Assembly (NCBI GenBank): GCA_040770465.1
Contig: JAXGJB010000049.1
Span: 1 to 14,825, forward strand
Length of the DNA: 14,825 bases
DNA from: Methanothrix sp.
GTDB taxonomy: Archaea > Halobacteriota > Methanosarcinia > Methanotrichales > Methanotrichaceae
Direction: 5' to 3'
A program made the translations under genes and the position numbers. Shown piece after piece: positions 14,165 to 14,825 of this stretch; position 1 is the first letter of the stretch, and each line of letters opens with the position of its first letter. The notes under the pieces are model-generated. The model saw only the letters and a list, made by a program, of their open reading frames with translations. It did not search any database and had not been told where the DNA came from.

Positions 14165-14527
14165 ATGGGCATCTTGGACAAGTTGATGGGCAGGTCTGGC
14201 GAAGGCGATTACGTGAACATAGACCTGGGGCAGTTCGAGGAGGTCTCAGCCGGGGGCCCCTCGGAGATTCTGGTGAGGATGGCGGAGCTTTCCGACCTCG
14301 ACGTTCTGCCGGAGATAAAGATGGAGATAGAGAGGGGAAACCTGGTCCTGGTGGACATATCTCCCCTGAGAAGGGAGAAGGACCTCCTGGACGAGGCGAT
14401 CGGCGAGCTGAAGGATGCCGTCGAGGATCTGAAGGGCGACATCGCGGGGCTCGGCGACAATTTGGTTATAGTCGTCCCAAGAAGGATGAGGATAGACCGG
14501 GAGAACATTCTGGGGGCCGAGGATTGA
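14165..14527 (+). CDS. sepF: Archaeal cell division protein SepF (FtsZ membrane anchor)
   Basis: Amphipathic N-terminus MGILDKLMG, YVNIDL, GNLVLVDISPL and GDIAGLGDNLVIVVP..MRIDR, 120 aa long and immediately upstream of a ZPR1 gene, a known euryarchaeal arrangement. Confidence 0.9.
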   Translation: MGILDKLMGRSGEGDYVNIDLGQFEEVSAGGPSEILVRMAELSDLDVLPEIKMEIERGNLVLVDISPLRREKDLLDEAIGELKDAVEDLKGDIAGLGDNLVIVVPRRMRIDRENILGAED

Positions 14528-14825
14528 AGGCGATAACTACCTCCAGCTGCCCCATCTGCAACGCCGATATCACCTTCGACTGGGAGACAAAGGACATCCC
14601 TCACTTCGGCGAGGCGATGATCATCGCCGGGGTCTGCGAGAGCTGCGGATTCAGGGTCTCGGACACGATCCTTCTCAGCCAGGGAGAGCCGGTGAGGTAC
14701 GCCATCACCATCGAGGAGCCCGCTGACCTGAACGCCAGGGTGATCAGGTCCACCAGCGGGACGATCAGGATTCCGGAGCTCGGGATCGACGTCGAGCCCG
14801 GTCCAGCCTCCGAGGCGTACATATC
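14524..14825 (+). CDS. ZPR1-type zinc-finger protein, cut by the window end (not in the ORF track)
   Basis: Manual translation from TTG 14524: MKAITTSSCPICNADITFDWETKDIPHFGEAMIIAGVCESCGFRVSDTILLSQGEPVRYAITIEEPADLNARVIRSTSGTIRIPELGIDVEPGPASEAYI. CPxC, IPHFGE, CxxCGFR, DLNARVIRS and IRIPELG..EPGP are ZPR1 hallmarks. Confidence 0.93.
   Translation, partial: MKAITTSSCPICNADITFDWETKDIPHFGEAMIIAGVCESCGFRVSDTILLSQGEPVRYAITIEEPADLNARVIRSTSGTIRIPELGIDVEPGPASEAYI

Noticed and set aside
14601-14822. Minus-strand 73-aa ORF at the window end
   Set aside because: It is antisense to the clearly recognisable ZPR1 gene, which the track missed because it has no stop codon in the window.

Overview
GC-rich archaeal chromosomal DNA from a methanogen, most consistent with Methanotrichaceae (Methanothrix harundinacea-like). 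This taxonomic call is inferred from gene content and composition, not from a search. The window is mostly housekeeping genes on the + strand: the 3' end of an iron/cobalamin-type ABC solute-binding protein, a shortened asparagine-synthase-like protein, a PPC/DUF296 protein coupled to the intein-free DNA polymerase D large subunit (polC), a stand-alone NitT/TauT-type ABC ATPase, egsA plus a UPF0179 protein, cofG, a 61-aa two-helix membrane protein, sepF, and the 5' part of a ZPR1 zinc-finger gene missing from the ORF track. The one accessory-looking element is a 4.6-kb minus-strand gene (probable GTG start at 10077) for a ~1537-aa secreted protein. It has two NosD-like beta-helix modules, three DUF11-like Ig domains, a two-fold repeated ~169-aa beta-rich domain I cannot name, and a short Trp/Pro C-terminal tail with no membrane anchor. 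Its second beta-helix holds a low-GC block with near-identical in-frame 43-bp repeats and a G11 homopolymer, suggesting a variable and possibly phase-variable surface protein. I found no RNA genes, CRISPR arrays, transposases or integrases.
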